Shown here piece by piece: positions 50,366-61,238 of a stretch of DNA of 64,000 bases. Location: positions 7,345-71,344 of the forward strand of contig JBAXRR010000001.1 in NCBI GenBank assembly GCA_037131125.1. Reading direction: 5' to 3'. Each line of letters begins with the position of its first letter. Position 1 is the first letter of the stretch. Position numbers and translations under genes: made by a program. The notes under the pieces were generated by a model, which saw nothing but the letters and a program-made list of their open reading frames with translations, was not told the origin of the DNA and ran no database searches. The stretch is from a bacterium (GTDB taxonomy: Bacteria > Patescibacteriota > Dojkabacteria > GCA-016699595 > JBAXKR01).

Positions 50366-53300
50366 TTAGAAATTAAATATTCCTCTAATATTTTTGAGAA
50401 TTAAATCCAGTGCATTATCTTGTGTGTTAGCAGTAATTGTTACAATATCCTGACTTTTACTTATGTTAGAAGCTTTATCTTTTGAAACAGCTACAAGGTG
50501 ATAAATCTTTGCAATTTCAAGGTTTGAAATTATTACCACATGGTTAACATTTAAGTTTCCATCTTCTGGAGTTTTGTATTTATATATATCTGTATTACCA
50601 TCTCCATATTCTATTTGAGAAGTAGCTGGTTCATCAGTTTTCCAGCTTACAATTACTTGAGCAGTTTTGTTTCCACCAGTTGCGCTTGTATCCGATGGAT
50701 ATGTCTCTACTAACAAATCTGTAATTACAGGAGGTCTTGTATCTGATGCTGTTGTAAACTTAACAATATCTGATCTTGCTTCGTTTCCTACTTTATCTAG
50801 TCCTCTTACAACTAAGCTATAGCTAACATCGGGCATTAAACCAGTAAGTGTCATTTGGTGAGAACCAACTAGAAGATTTAAGTTAACGCTATCTCTGCTC
50901 TGCTCTATTTTTCCTTCTGGATAGTATGTGATCATTGAAGTAATCTCAGTATTTGAAGTCCAAGATATTAGTATAGATGTTTCTGCTGTATTCTTTATCT
51001 GTTGTAATTTTATGTCACTTACTTTTGGTTTTTGAAGTGTTTTAAGATCCAAAACAGTTCCTTCATATTCAGTATCTTCAATGTCATAAGGATTAATTCT
51101 GTAGTAGTACTTCATTCCATCTTCTAGTCCATCTAATACAACAGTGTATTTAGATTCATTAACACTAGTTGGTAACTCTTGAAGCGAACCAAATTGTGTA
51201 GATTTACCATAATATATTTTAACTTTACTTGCACCTTTTGTAGTGAATTGTATTTGTGCAGAATTTGTATTTACAAACTTAACTACTACATCTTTTATCT
51301 CAGGAGCTGGACTTGTTGTAAATGTTTGCTCGTTAGATTTTCCTGTATTTCCATCTTCATCTGTCCATTTTGCAATGTAGTAATATGTTGTTGAAGGTTG
51401 AAGATTTGTTAGAGGAATAACATGAGAAGTTGTTTGTGTAGATATAGAGGTTTCTGCTTCAAAGTATTTCCCGGATTCTAATCCGTAGGAGATCTTACTA
51501 TCTGAATTTCTAGCTGTTACCCAAGTTACTATTGCTCTCTTCGTTGTTATATCAGAAGTAACAGGATTAGATATTAATTCAGCTGGGGTAGTATATGATC
51601 CCTTTGGAGTAATATTCACACTTAATGCATAACTTGGATTGGCTCTAGATAAGTCTGTATTATCCATACTTCCAACTCTGTAGTAGTACTTCTTTGAAGA
51701 TGGAACAATATCCACGTAAGCAAGTCCACTTGTTTCAGTAACTTTTACCCAATTAATACCATCTTCGGATCTATTTACAACGTATGTTAGTATTCCTGTT
51801 CCTTTATACTCTGGAACTTCCCATGCAAGAGATGCTCTCCATAAGGATGCAGATTTAACAGATGCATCCGATACTGTTAAGTTCTTAACAGGATCTGGAA
51901 TATTTGAATTCAAAGTGAAAGATTTTGAAAGTGAATTACTTCCTGAATAGTTATTAAGATCATCTATTGCAACTACATATATTGTGTTTGTTCCTTTAAT
52001 AACTCCACCTAGAGCAGATGCAGGAATGCTAAGGTTCTCTGTTGGAATATATATACTTGAATTGTTAAGTATTGTATCTAGAGTTGTAGGAGGTGCAGTG
52101 TTTATCATGTAGTAGTATTTAGAAACAGTTCTACCTGAAGAAGCAACTGCTTCTGGCCAACTTACACTAAAGTTATTAATCTCAGATGTCAGAGGGGTTA
52201 TAGTTATACTTGAACCATCTGTAAATTTAGGTGCTTCTCCACCATACGACACACTTGCTGTTCTAGATATACTTGATCTATTACCAGCAACATCTAAAGC
52301 TCTAAAATATATTGTGTTACTTCCCATTTGTATTCTTGATGCATCGTTTGCAATTGTTAAGTAATATGGTTGTGAATGTCCTAATGGAATGTAATTTAAT
52401 CCTAGGACAGAACTTGTATCACTTCCTGTCCAGTTAGATTCTGAGTTAATTGAATACTGGTATCCAAGCAGTTGAGAGTTACTATCTGAAGCGACACCAT
52501 TACCGCTTGCTGGCCAATTGAAATATATGTCGTCAACATTAGCAAAAGAATTTTGTGGTGTTGAAAATGAATTTACATTAGTAGGAGGGATGTCATCATA
52601 CATGAATTCAAAAGTTTCTGAAGTTGGATATGTATTTCCTGTGTTGTCTATTGCTTTGATGTTTAAGTAGTATGGACTATTTGATGCAGATAACCATGTA
52701 TTACCTTTAAGAGCACTATTTGCAAAATCTATCTCGTTAGTTCCAACTATGAACTGACATGTGTAACCAACCGTACTTATAGGTGATGTTCCAAGTAATC
52801 CTTTTTGAGAGGCTGGATCATCTGACAATGTTTGGCTTAAAGATAGACAGTATCCCTTTATTCCAGATCCACCTACATTATCTGCTCCTAAGTCCCATCT
52901 AAAATATGGAGAAGGATCATTCGTCCAGTTAGTTTCAGAAATATCTCTACCAGTAGTAGTACTTTTCATTGCAGTATTCGCAGCGTTAGTAATTGGTGCA
53001 GTTGTATCTTGAACATAATGTATAGATAATCCAGATACAACAGGTGTAGTTACCTGTCCTGGACTATTTAGTGTTGCTCTTATTTGAATATATTTTTGAG
53101 CTTGAGAAGCAATTGCATAGTTTGGATAATTTCCAGTATTAGCAGAATATGAATTCCATGTATTACCATCTGGAGATGTTCTTACTTCATAACTAGTTGT
53201 ATTTCCATTTAGCGTTTCTGTAGTAACAAAGTTAGGAGTTAATCCCCACTGTGCATTTGAATTAAGATTTATGACTGGTGATTCCCATGTACCACTAGTT

Positions 53301-56300
53301 GTATATTTTTGTTGATTAGTACTTGCTTCTGTGTGTAAAACCAAACCCTGATTGTATAAATCGCTTATCTGATTTACTGTTAATGGCTGATTATATATTC
53401 TGAAATCACTTATTACTGAGTTGCTTAGTGAGCCACCATCTCTTCCAACATACATTGAAGTTGGTGTTCCTATTGGGGCAACATAGTTAGCAGTTGCTCC
53501 ACTTTGAACATTGTTGACATATATTTTCAAAGCTCCGTTTGTCCAAGTTGCTACAATGTGTTGCCATTGATTAGTTGAAATTGTAGGTGTTGCCCCATTG
53601 TATCCAGTACTTGCAACTACTCCTCCACTATATGCAAATGAGTAAATTCTTCTTGCAGGACTGCCATTGTCATAAAGAATATTGAAATAGTTTTGCCCAT
53701 CTATGACATATGAGAATATTCTTGAATAGTCATTTTGCCAACTTACGGGTTTAACCCATAAGGAAACACTGCCTGAAGTTTTATCTATATTTCCTACTGT
53801 TGAGTACTGTATATTACTTTCGTTCTTTGTTGTATTTGAATTGTTTGCAGTTCCTGTCCAGTTGTACCCTCCCGAAATAGGGAGTGAGCCATCTGCATAT
53901 GAGGTTGCGAAAGCTTTTCTTTCTAATTGAATACCATCTATATATACCAATTTTGTAGGTTTAACTTGTACTCCAAATGTTTGAGATGTTGTAACTCCAG
54001 TGAATGTTCCTGTAAGTCTCCACCATCCACCTCCCATGTCCGTATATGTTGATGTTAGTGGTTGTGAATTTGCAATAAGTGATAAATCTGTATTTGAAAT
54101 ACTTGCACCAGTTGTATATGCATATGCAGATAATGTATATGAAGTAGCAGTTAGAGTTAGAGGTGTAGTATATGTACTATCTAGTATACTTCCAGAGTTA
54201 TCTAGTTTTGCTGAAGCAGTTCCAAATTTAAAATATGGGCTTGTTGTATTTCTTGTTTTAGTTATTTGATCTGCTCCAAGAACTGTTACTCCATTTGCAC
54301 TAGATCCTGCAACAAGTGTAGGAAGTGTTCCTTGTCCTACTCCCCAAATAGCGATGGTATCATTGTTTAAAAGAGCTGGTGTTGTTGCCGAGGTATACGA
54401 AGCTATCATTGAATCTGAATCTGTATAGTCTCCTACTTTTCCATTTCTAATTACGCTAACTCCACCATTTGCTCCACTTGTTGCTATGTATATATATTTA
54501 TTATCACTACTTGTCCATACACCTTTTGTAATTGCACTTGTACCTGCAAGTTGTTGTGTAAATGAACTTTGTCTTGCAGCATTTCCTTTTGCATACATAT
54601 CTGCAACTTGAGTAGCAGTAACTGCGGTAACACCAATGAAAGGCTCATCTATTGTTCCTTGAAAATTACTTGTACCTGAAGTATTTGCTCCTATTATGAA
54701 TGGTTTGTTGTTGTCATTAGGGGCAGTTAAACTACCTGTTTTGTTTAAAGCACCATCTATGTATATATTTCCAGTAGTTCCGTTAGATGTGAACACATAT
54801 TGATGCCAATTTGTATCAGCAATTGTTGCAACACTAGTTAAAGAATTAATTCCACCATATATCCAGTTTATTGTATTGTCTGCATTAAAGTATGCACTAT
54901 ATCCTGTATTTGCTCCTCCAGATGTTCCTTTTGAAAACAGATTTTCAACAACTCCAGATCTTCCTCTTTTAGCCCAAAGTCCAACACTTAACTCTCCTGA
55001 ATATATTTGAAAATCTGTCTTTCTTACTTCAAAAGTATATGTTGTATCATTGTAGTTAAAACCAGATTCTATACTGGTCCAGTTTCTAACTGCTCCATTT
55101 CTTGTAGAAACAATATGTACTCCATCAATTTGAGTATCTGTTACTTCTTTTACGGATACTTCATCAAAATATGCAGTATCATTAAGATTAGAAGTTCCGG
55201 GTCCTAACCTAATATATGTAGTAGTTGCGTTTGCTACAAAATATCTTGTAAGAAGTGTCCAACTAGTACCACCGCTATATCCATAAGATATATTTTCATT
55301 TCCACCTTGAGAAGTTCCTGAATATATTGAATTGTTCCCGGTTCCGTTTTTTACATACATTGAAATTCTATACATCTTTCCAACTACTGTTGTAATGCTT
55401 TGATAAACATATCCATACGTACCACCTGATCCAATAGTTGTCTGTAATGCATTATTACTAAATCCTCCCGCAACACTTGCTCCTGTTCCTCCTGCAGCTG
55501 CTGTCCATCCTGTTGCATTAGTATCAAAAGTTCCATTTGTAATTAATTCACTCCCAACTGTTTCTCCAGATGAGTTATTTCCCATATATCCCCATGCAGC
55601 TTTTCCAGCACTATCTTTCATGGTGATAATAAATGGTGTGGCACTAGTATCATTTCCTTTGTATGAGGAAAGAATTGGAGAAGATAAAGGTTTAACAGAG
55701 ATATCATCAAATCTACAAGTTTTATTTAAGGATGAATTTGCTAAGGCAATAAAATGTGATCCGGTTAAGGTTGAAGTAAAGTAACCTGAAATATATGTCC
55801 AGCTTGTTGAACTAATTACAGGACTTGTATACATTGAGGAGTAATCCGTTTTTGTTACAGTTAGTGAGCAGATGGTCGAATCTATAGCTTTAATCCACCC
55901 AGTTACTTTATACACAGTTCCATAAGTGAGTGTTATGGCTTGACTTACTATCCAGCTATTTGTTCCTCCATATACTGCATCTATAGCTTTTGTTCCTGTA
56001 CCTCCTGGAGCCTGATCTGCTGCTGAAGTTACAGTACTTCCAGAACTTGCACTCCAAGTACTTGGTGGTGTTCCAGTTTCCATATTTCCATTTATAACTG
56101 TTTCACTTCCAAGTGTTTCCCCTGCTCTAATAAATGCCTGTCCATTTGCATAAGAAGCATTATTTGTTGCTGATCCCCAAGTTGCGCCAGTTTCTGTTAA
56201 ATATGTTTTTTCTTTTAAATAATCCCCTGTTCCATCAAACTTTAATCCACTTCCTCTAACAGCTCTTTCGTAATCAGCACTTTGAATTTCTGCACTTGCT

Positions 56301-59062
56301 CCACCTGATCCCCCCCATGGTCTTGTTGCATTCCCGACCGTTAATTCACTTTGAGTTGTTGTTCCATTGTAATTTGTGGAGGCACCACTTTGAATAACTG
56401 GGTTTATTCCTACCTCTCCATATAGTGGCCACATGCCTCTAATCTCCCCATACATTTCTTCAGTTATGAAATCTTTTCTATAAAACTTTACTGAACTTCT
56501 TGATTCATCCCCCTGTTTTTCTTGTATTACGGCTAAATTACCAGCATTCCCAGCTAAAGTTCTTTCTGATGCGACATATATTGTATTACTTGTCCCATCA
56601 ATTAAAGAAGTTCCTTCGTTTACAAAGAATTTATAGTTACCACTTTGTGAATCATATGGCTTTCCAAGTGATACAGATGTAGATGTTCCATATCCATAGT
56701 ATGGTCCCAGAGCAAAGTTATTAGTTTTGGATTGAATTGAATAAGTTCCATAAATTCCACCATTTGTTGGAGAATTATTAGGTGAAGGTAAGGCTAAGTA
56801 AAGTTCTCCTCTACTTGTTAACCAAACATAGTTAAATCTCATAACAGAAGCTGAATTTATTGCGGTTCCGTCAGTCTCATTAATTATTGTTGCACCTGCA
56901 TCAGTTCCGACTGCAACATATGTTTTCCCAGATATTACATTTGTATGAACTGCATAAACATAATTATTCATTATCTTAATATTTGTTCCTAAGTAGGAAG
57001 AAGAAAGTCCAGCGGCTCTTTGTGCAATTGTTCCTGAATATACCTGAGGAGAAGTACCATCATTCCAGTAATGAAGACCTGCTTCAGTTTTGAAGTTAAC
57101 GGAGAAAAGTCCACTATATGATGAAGATCCATTATCTCTTCCAATATATATTTCTCCATTTAATGCATATACCGAAGATATAATTGAAGCTGAATTTCCT
57201 CCAAGAAAACTTCCACCATTTGTTGAAAATCTCATCCACAACTTATTCTCAACTGCATCTATGACATCTAGATAACTAATACTTCCATTGTAACTAGCTA
57301 CTATGTATGACTTTTCAGGAAACTCTTGCTTTTTACCTCTAGTTGTTGAAAATGCTTCTGTATACCATGATTTAGATTGCGCGTTTGCATTATTTCTCCA
57401 TGCTCCACTATCCGAATCTTTTGTGGTGTCATAATAGAAAACATCTTTTATGTTATTTGCACCGATAAGTGTATTTCCATCTGCATCTGTTTGAGAAGAT
57501 GTGTAATTAAATGTATTTTTTCCATTCCAAGAAGTTGTAATGTCACTTTCAAAAGATGGATTAGGAATATAGTTAGTTGTACCTTCTTCAACAAGAATTC
57601 CTTGATGTGATGCATATGATTGTGATGGAACCTTTCCAATTTCCGTTGATGCAAAATCTATTCCAATAGTTCCACTTACATACTTAGCATTAGATATTGT
57701 TCCATTTAAACCATTTCCCGAGGCATCTAGTGCTTTCCCTGTGTTTCTTGGGTCATCCCCATTCTCATCAAAGTGATAAATAAGTTTTGTATTTGAATCT
57801 GCAATTATTATCTTTCCATTTCCAGAGTTGTATTGACCTAGTATTTCAGAATCTGAAAGTGCTCTATCATACATGACTACTTCATCCATTTGTCCTTTAA
57901 AAGGAACTGCACCGTCTGGCCTTCTTCCTAACATAAACTTAGAACCACTTGTTGGCAAGATATATGCAGTAGATATTGGAGTAGATGGGACAAGTACTCC
58001 ATTAATGTACATGTTTGCAGTTGTTCCACTAAATGTTCCAACTAGATGTATCCATTGATTCGTTTGTGAAAACGCATTATTCGCATATATTCTATATGCA
58101 GTTCCACCTCTAACAACTTGTACCATAAGTCTTCCACCACCAAGTAATATGTGAGCATTATTCTGGTTATCTACGAAATTACTTACAATTGTTTGATTAC
58201 TTATTGCATCTTGGAAATTAATCCACATTCCAACTGTAAAATCTCCTGACATATTAAGATTTGAACTTGATCCAGCATCTACGTAACTTGTTGATCCATT
58301 AAACGATAAAGCGCTCTTTGTTGAATATCTTAATGCTCCTGTTGCTACTGATGGGGTTTGAGCTGTTTCACAAGTTGTTGTTCCATTGAACGAACATACC
58401 ATAGTCGCTTGAGGTCCTCCCGGTATTGAATATCCATTTGTACCTTGAGCAGTTGCTCCTGAATTCCCATAATATAAAGCGTAGTTTGTTGTATCTGAAG
58501 ATCCTGAGGTTATATTTGCTTGAATTGGGAATGTAAGAATAGTTGCTTTTGAATCATTACAACCTGTAGATCCTAAATCTCTTTTAATGGTTATTGGTAA
58601 GTCTGTGTTGGATTGGTATATAACCCTTATGTCATTACAATTTGCAAGGACACTTTCAAGAGAAGAAGTATCTATGGTAATAGATACTGAACTTGTTGTA
58701 TTAAGTGTTGAACCAGAAGTATTTTTTATTGTTAGTTGTTTTTTGTAATTCCAATTCATACTAAACCAATTTGTGGATTTCCCAAGTGTAAGATTAGAAG
58801 CATTAGCAACTGTGTTTACAGATGTTCCAAGAGTGAAATTAGAATCTCCACCTTGAGCTATTGTGAAGTTTGTTTCATTTAGAGCCATAAGCTTAGGAAG
58901 TATTCCAGCTCCTCCAATTAATATACCAAGGCCTAATACAGAAACAGTAAAGACGTTAAGTTGCCACTTAATTAATGTGATTTTCTTAGTAAAGAAGAAT
59001 ATATATATCGAGTTTAAAACTCTTCTTGCTTTAATTCTAATTTTTGTAACTACATCATGCAT
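50366..59062 (-). CDS. Giant surface protein paralog, 2898 aa
   Basis: Same N-terminal and C-terminal scaffold as 42006..50243 with a different central region. Confidence 0.85.
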   Translation of the reverse strand: MHDVVTKIRIKARRVLNSIYIFFFTKKITLIKWQLNVFTVSVLGLGILIGGAGILPKLMALNETNFTIAQGGDSNFTLGTSVNTVANASNLTLGKSTNWFSMNWNYKKQLTIKNTSGSTLNTTSSVSITIDTSSLESVLANCNDIRVIYQSNTDLPITIKRDLGSTGCNDSKATILTFPIQANITSGSSDTTNYALYYGNSGATAQGTNGYSIPGGPQATMVCSFNGTTTCETAQTPSVATGALRYSTKSALSFNGSTSYVDAGSSSNLNMSGDFTVGMWINFQDAISNQTIVSNFVDNQNNAHILLGGGRLMVQVVRGGTAYRIYANNAFSQTNQWIHLVGTFSGTTANMYINGVLVPSTPISTAYILPTSGSKFMLGRRPDGAVPFKGQMDEVVMYDRALSDSEILGQYNSGNGKIIIADSNTKLIYHFDENGDDPRNTGKALDASGNGLNGTISNAKYVSGTIGIDFASTEIGKVPSQSYASHQGILVEEGTTNYIPNPSFESDITTSWNGKNTFNYTSSQTDADGNTLIGANNIKDVFYYDTTKDSDSGAWRNNANAQSKSWYTEAFSTTRGKKQEFPEKSYIVASYNGSISYLDVIDAVENKLWMRFSTNGGSFLGGNSASIISSVYALNGEIYIGRDNGSSSYSGLFSVNFKTEAGLHYWNDGTSPQVYSGTIAQRAAGLSSSYLGTNIKIMNNYVYAVHTNVISGKTYVAVGTDAGATIINETDGTAINSASVMRFNYVWLTSRGELYLALPSPNNSPTNGGIYGTYSIQSKTNNFALGPYYGYGTSTSVSLGKPYDSQSGNYKFFVNEGTSLIDGTSNTIYVASERTLAGNAGNLAVIQEKQGDESRSSVKFYRKDFITEEMYGEIRGMWPLYGEVGINPVIQSGASTNYNGTTTQSELTVGNATRPWGGSGGASAEIQSADYERAVRGSGLKFDGTGDYLKEKTYLTETGATWGSATNNASYANGQAFIRAGETLGSETVINGNMETGTPPSTWSASSGSTVTSAADQAPGGTGTKAIDAVYGGTNSWIVSQAITLTYGTVYKVTGWIKAIDSTICSLTVTKTDYSSMYTSPVISSTSWTYISGYFTSTLTGSHFIALANSSLNKTCRFDDISVKPLSSPILSSYKGNDTSATPFIITMKDSAGKAAWGYMGNNSSGETVGSELITNGTFDTNATGWTAAAGGTGASVAGGFSNNALQTTIGSGGTYGYVYQSITTVVGKMYRISMYVKNGTGNNSIYSGTSQGGNENISYGYSGGTSWTLLTRYFVANATTTYIRLGPGTSNLNDTAYFDEVSVKEVTDTQIDGVHIVSTRNGAVRNWTSIESGFNYNDTTYTFEVRKTDFQIYSGELSVGLWAKRGRSGVVENLFSKGTSGGANTGYSAYFNADNTINWIYGGINSLTSVATIADTNWHQYVFTSNGTTGNIYIDGALNKTGSLTAPNDNNKPFIIGANTSGTSNFQGTIDEPFIGVTAVTATQVADMYAKGNAARQSSFTQQLAGTSAITKGVWTSSDNKYIYIATSGANGGVSVIRNGKVGDYTDSDSMIASYTSATTPALLNNDTIAIWGVGQGTLPTLVAGSSANGVTVLGADQITKTRNTTSPYFKFGTASAKLDNSGSILDSTYTTPLTLTATSYTLSAYAYTTGASISNTDLSLIANSQPLTSTYTDMGGGWWRLTGTFTGVTTSQTFGVQVKPTKLVYIDGIQLERKAFATSYADGSLPISGGYNWTGTANNSNTTKNESNIQYSTVGNIDKTSGSVSLWVKPVSWQNDYSRIFSYVIDGQNYFNILYDNGSPARRIYSFAYSGGVVASTGYNGATPTISTNQWQHIVATWTNGALKIYVNNVQSGATANYVAPIGTPTSMYVGRDGGSLSNSVISDFRIYNQPLTVNQISDLYNQGLVLHTEASTNQQKYTTSGTWESPVINLNSNAQWGLTPNFVTTETLNGNTTSYEVRTSPDGNTWNSYSANTGNYPNYAIASQAQKYIQIRATLNSPGQVTTPVVSGLSIHYVQDTTAPITNAANTAMKSTTTGRDISETNWTNDPSPYFRWDLGADNVGGSGIKGYCLSLSQTLSDDPASQKGLLGTSPISTVGYTCQFIVGTNEIDFANSALKGNTWLSASNSPYYLNIKAIDNTGNTYPTSETFEFMYDDIPPTNVNSFSTPQNSFANVDDIYFNWPASGNGVASDSNSQLLGYQYSINSESNWTGSDTSSVLGLNYIPLGHSQPYYLTIANDASRIQMGSNTIYFRALDVAGNRSSISRTASVSYGGEAPKFTDGSSITITPLTSEINNFSVSWPEAVASSGRTVSKYYYMINTAPPTTLDTILNNSSIYIPTENLSIPASALGGVIKGTNTIYVVAIDDLNNYSGSNSLSKSFTLNSNIPDPVKNLTVSDASVKSASLWRASLAWEVPEYKGTGILTYVVNRSEDGINWVKVTETSGLAYVDIVPSSKKYYYRVGSMDNTDLSRANPSYALSVNITPKGSYTTPAELISNPVTSDITTKRAIVTWVTARNSDSKISYGLESGKYFEAETSISTQTTSHVIPLTNLQPSTTYYYIAKWTDEDGNTGKSNEQTFTTSPAPEIKDVVVKFVNTNSAQIQFTTKGASKVKIYYGKSTQFGSLQELPTSVNESKYTVVLDGLEDGMKYYYRINPYDIEDTEYEGTVLDLKTLQKPKVSDIKLQQIKNTAETSILISWTSNTEITSMITYYPEGKIEQSRDSVNLNLLVGSHQMTLTGLMPDVSYSLVVRGLDKVGNEARSDIVKFTTASDTRPPVITDLLVETYPSDTSATGGNKTAQVIVSWKTDEPATSQIEYGDGNTDIYKYKTPEDGNLNVNHVVIISNLEIAKIYHLVAVSKDKASNISKSQDIVTITANTQDNALDLILKNIRGIFNF

Positions 59063-59109
59063 ATTCGCGTGTTTGTACTAATCGTAAATAGATACAAATA
59101 TACGAATAT

Positions 59110-59139
59110 AATATATAGAAAATGGGAGGTGATTACAAA
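59110..59139 (-). promoter_or_regulatory. Promoter with conserved TTTGTAATCACC motif, copy 2
   Basis: TTGTAA-N17-TATATT. Confidence 0.6.
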
Positions 59140-59166
59140 CTTAAAAATATTAAATCTAGCAAGTGA

Positions 59167-61119
59167 TTACTCGTACTTCAGAGCAGATAGTGGAGATATT
59201 TTTGCAGCTCTTCTAGATGGATATATTCCTGTAAGAATTCCTACTAAAAGAGATATAACTGCAACGAATAAAACTAACTCTATTGGTATCCTTGTAAGTT
59301 CAAATGGATCTGATATTTGAACAATAGAAAGAACAGATAATATGAAACTTACTAATTTACCAAATAGGAATCCGAATAGAAGACCAGATAATCCTCCATA
59401 GAATCCAATAGAAAGAGATTCTATGAGGAATAAGTCTCTTATTTCTCTCTTACCCATACCCATAGTTTTAAGAAGTCCTACCTCTCTTGTTCTTTCAAGA
59501 AGCGAAACTGTAAGTGTATTAAACATACCAACAGCAGATACTAGAAGTGCCATTAATCCTAGTAACAGAAGAACTAATTTAACTGTTTGGAATACACTAT
59601 CTATTTGAGCAATAACATCTAGAACTGATGTTGTTGAGAAACCACTGGTTTCTATACTCTTTCTAAGTGTGTTAACAATTTCTTTTGAAGAAGCTATTAC
59701 TTTTAAGTTTGTATAACTATTAAGTCCAATAGGTTTGAGATCTGAAAGTGGTACATATATAGATGGTGATGGAAGTTCATCATTAATTACTGCAACAATT
59801 GTGTATGTGTCAGCAATTGTTGTTTGTTTCTGATTCTCTCCTGTATCTGTTCTTGTAAAGAATACAAAGGATACAGATATAGTTTTGTTTAATGCGCCAT
59901 TTTCTGGAATATTCATTATCTTTAAAAAGTCCTTGTTTACAACAGCTTTTTTAGTAGCTTTAATTGGAAGTTTAGATGCAGGAATCTCTTTTACTGTCTG
60001 ATCTGGCGTAGATAAATCTATTAAGTCTAATGTACCAAGAACACTAGGTGTATCCTCAACAGAAATTAAACTATTAGCTGGAATATATCCATCTTTAGAT
60101 ACTTGCTCACCCTTCTTATCTTTCTGAACAACAAATTTTTTGTCTATACAAGATTTAGAATTCGTTAAGCAATCTTTGTTAGTCCAGAGAACAAAGTTAG
60201 ATTTGACCCATCTTTCAATACTATCTCCATTTAATGCCTTAGATGGTATTTCAGAATCTTTCTTATCTGAATACTTACTTCCCCAAAGAGATGTTCCACT
60301 TTGAGTATCTGTTACTCTTTTTGTAAAACCAATAACTTCAGAAGTTGTGTCCGGAGATCCGTATACTTTAATCCATTTTTGAGGAAGGAGTGAAAATGAA
60401 ATTTCATTAACTTTATTTGGATCAATATTCTTACTCTGGTCGTCTTGCACACCTTTAACATTTGAAGATGGATTAACTGCTTCGTTTTCTTCAAATATTT
60501 TTCCTTCTGTAATTTTAGAAGACAAAATATTTAAGTATGCAGATGTTACTGCATATGTTGGAACATCTGTTATAGAGTTATTGTTATTAACTTTAGATAC
60601 AACACTTGCAATTGGAAATACATTTTCTACTCCACTTATTGCTTTAACATTTTGTACTGAATTGTCATTCAGGGGGATCTTATCTCCCCTTCTTGGATAT
60701 ACATCTACTTGTTTCATTTCATCTAAGTTAGCAATTCTTTTGGTAATAGAATCTTGTACTCCATAACCAACCGAAAGAAGGAATACAACTGAACCTATAC
60801 CTATCATGAGGCCAAAAATCGTTATATATACCCTAGATTTTTTTGAGATTGTGTTTTTTGATGCAATTTCAAGTAATTCAAGTTTTGGAATATTTTTTCC
60901 TGTATTGGAATCAATCTTTAATGCAAATACAGAATATATTTTATATATTCCATCTGAAATACGTTGAATAAAGTTTAGTTTGGTAATTTTTGAAAGTTCT
61001 GTGAATAAATAGCAGATTACTTTTGTAATGACAAAGGTAACAAAGAGGATGTTAATAAGTGCAACGTTAGCGATGTAATCCAATAAACGATAAGGTATTA
61101 AAACAATCTTTTTAAACAT
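59167..61119 (-). CDS. MacB/FtsX-family ABC permease with enlarged extracytoplasmic domain
   Basis: TIFGLMIGIG, NTLTVSLLERTREVGLLKTMG, FLIES, GIYPSRRAAKISPLSALKYE. Confidence 0.9.
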   Translation of the reverse strand: MFKKIVLIPYRLLDYIANVALINILFVTFVITKVICYLFTELSKITKLNFIQRISDGIYKIYSVFALKIDSNTGKNIPKLELLEIASKNTISKKSRVYITIFGLMIGIGSVVFLLSVGYGVQDSITKRIANLDEMKQVDVYPRRGDKIPLNDNSVQNVKAISGVENVFPIASVVSKVNNNNSITDVPTYAVTSAYLNILSSKITEGKIFEENEAVNPSSNVKGVQDDQSKNIDPNKVNEISFSLLPQKWIKVYGSPDTTSEVIGFTKRVTDTQSGTSLWGSKYSDKKDSEIPSKALNGDSIERWVKSNFVLWTNKDCLTNSKSCIDKKFVVQKDKKGEQVSKDGYIPANSLISVEDTPSVLGTLDLIDLSTPDQTVKEIPASKLPIKATKKAVVNKDFLKIMNIPENGALNKTISVSFVFFTRTDTGENQKQTTIADTYTIVAVINDELPSPSIYVPLSDLKPIGLNSYTNLKVIASSKEIVNTLRKSIETSGFSTTSVLDVIAQIDSVFQTVKLVLLLLGLMALLVSAVGMFNTLTVSLLERTREVGLLKTMGMGKREIRDLFLIESLSIGFYGGLSGLLFGFLFGKLVSFILSVLSIVQISDPFELTRIPIELVLFVAVISLLVGILTGIYPSRRAAKISPLSALKYE

Positions 61120-61238
61120 TCCTATTCCTGCTTTACGTATGTAAATATGTGAGTTAAGTTTTTAAACTTTCACTAATACAATTTACTATTTTTTAAGAAA
61201 GATTGGAAATATATTCGAGGATACCGTCCTTATTATTC

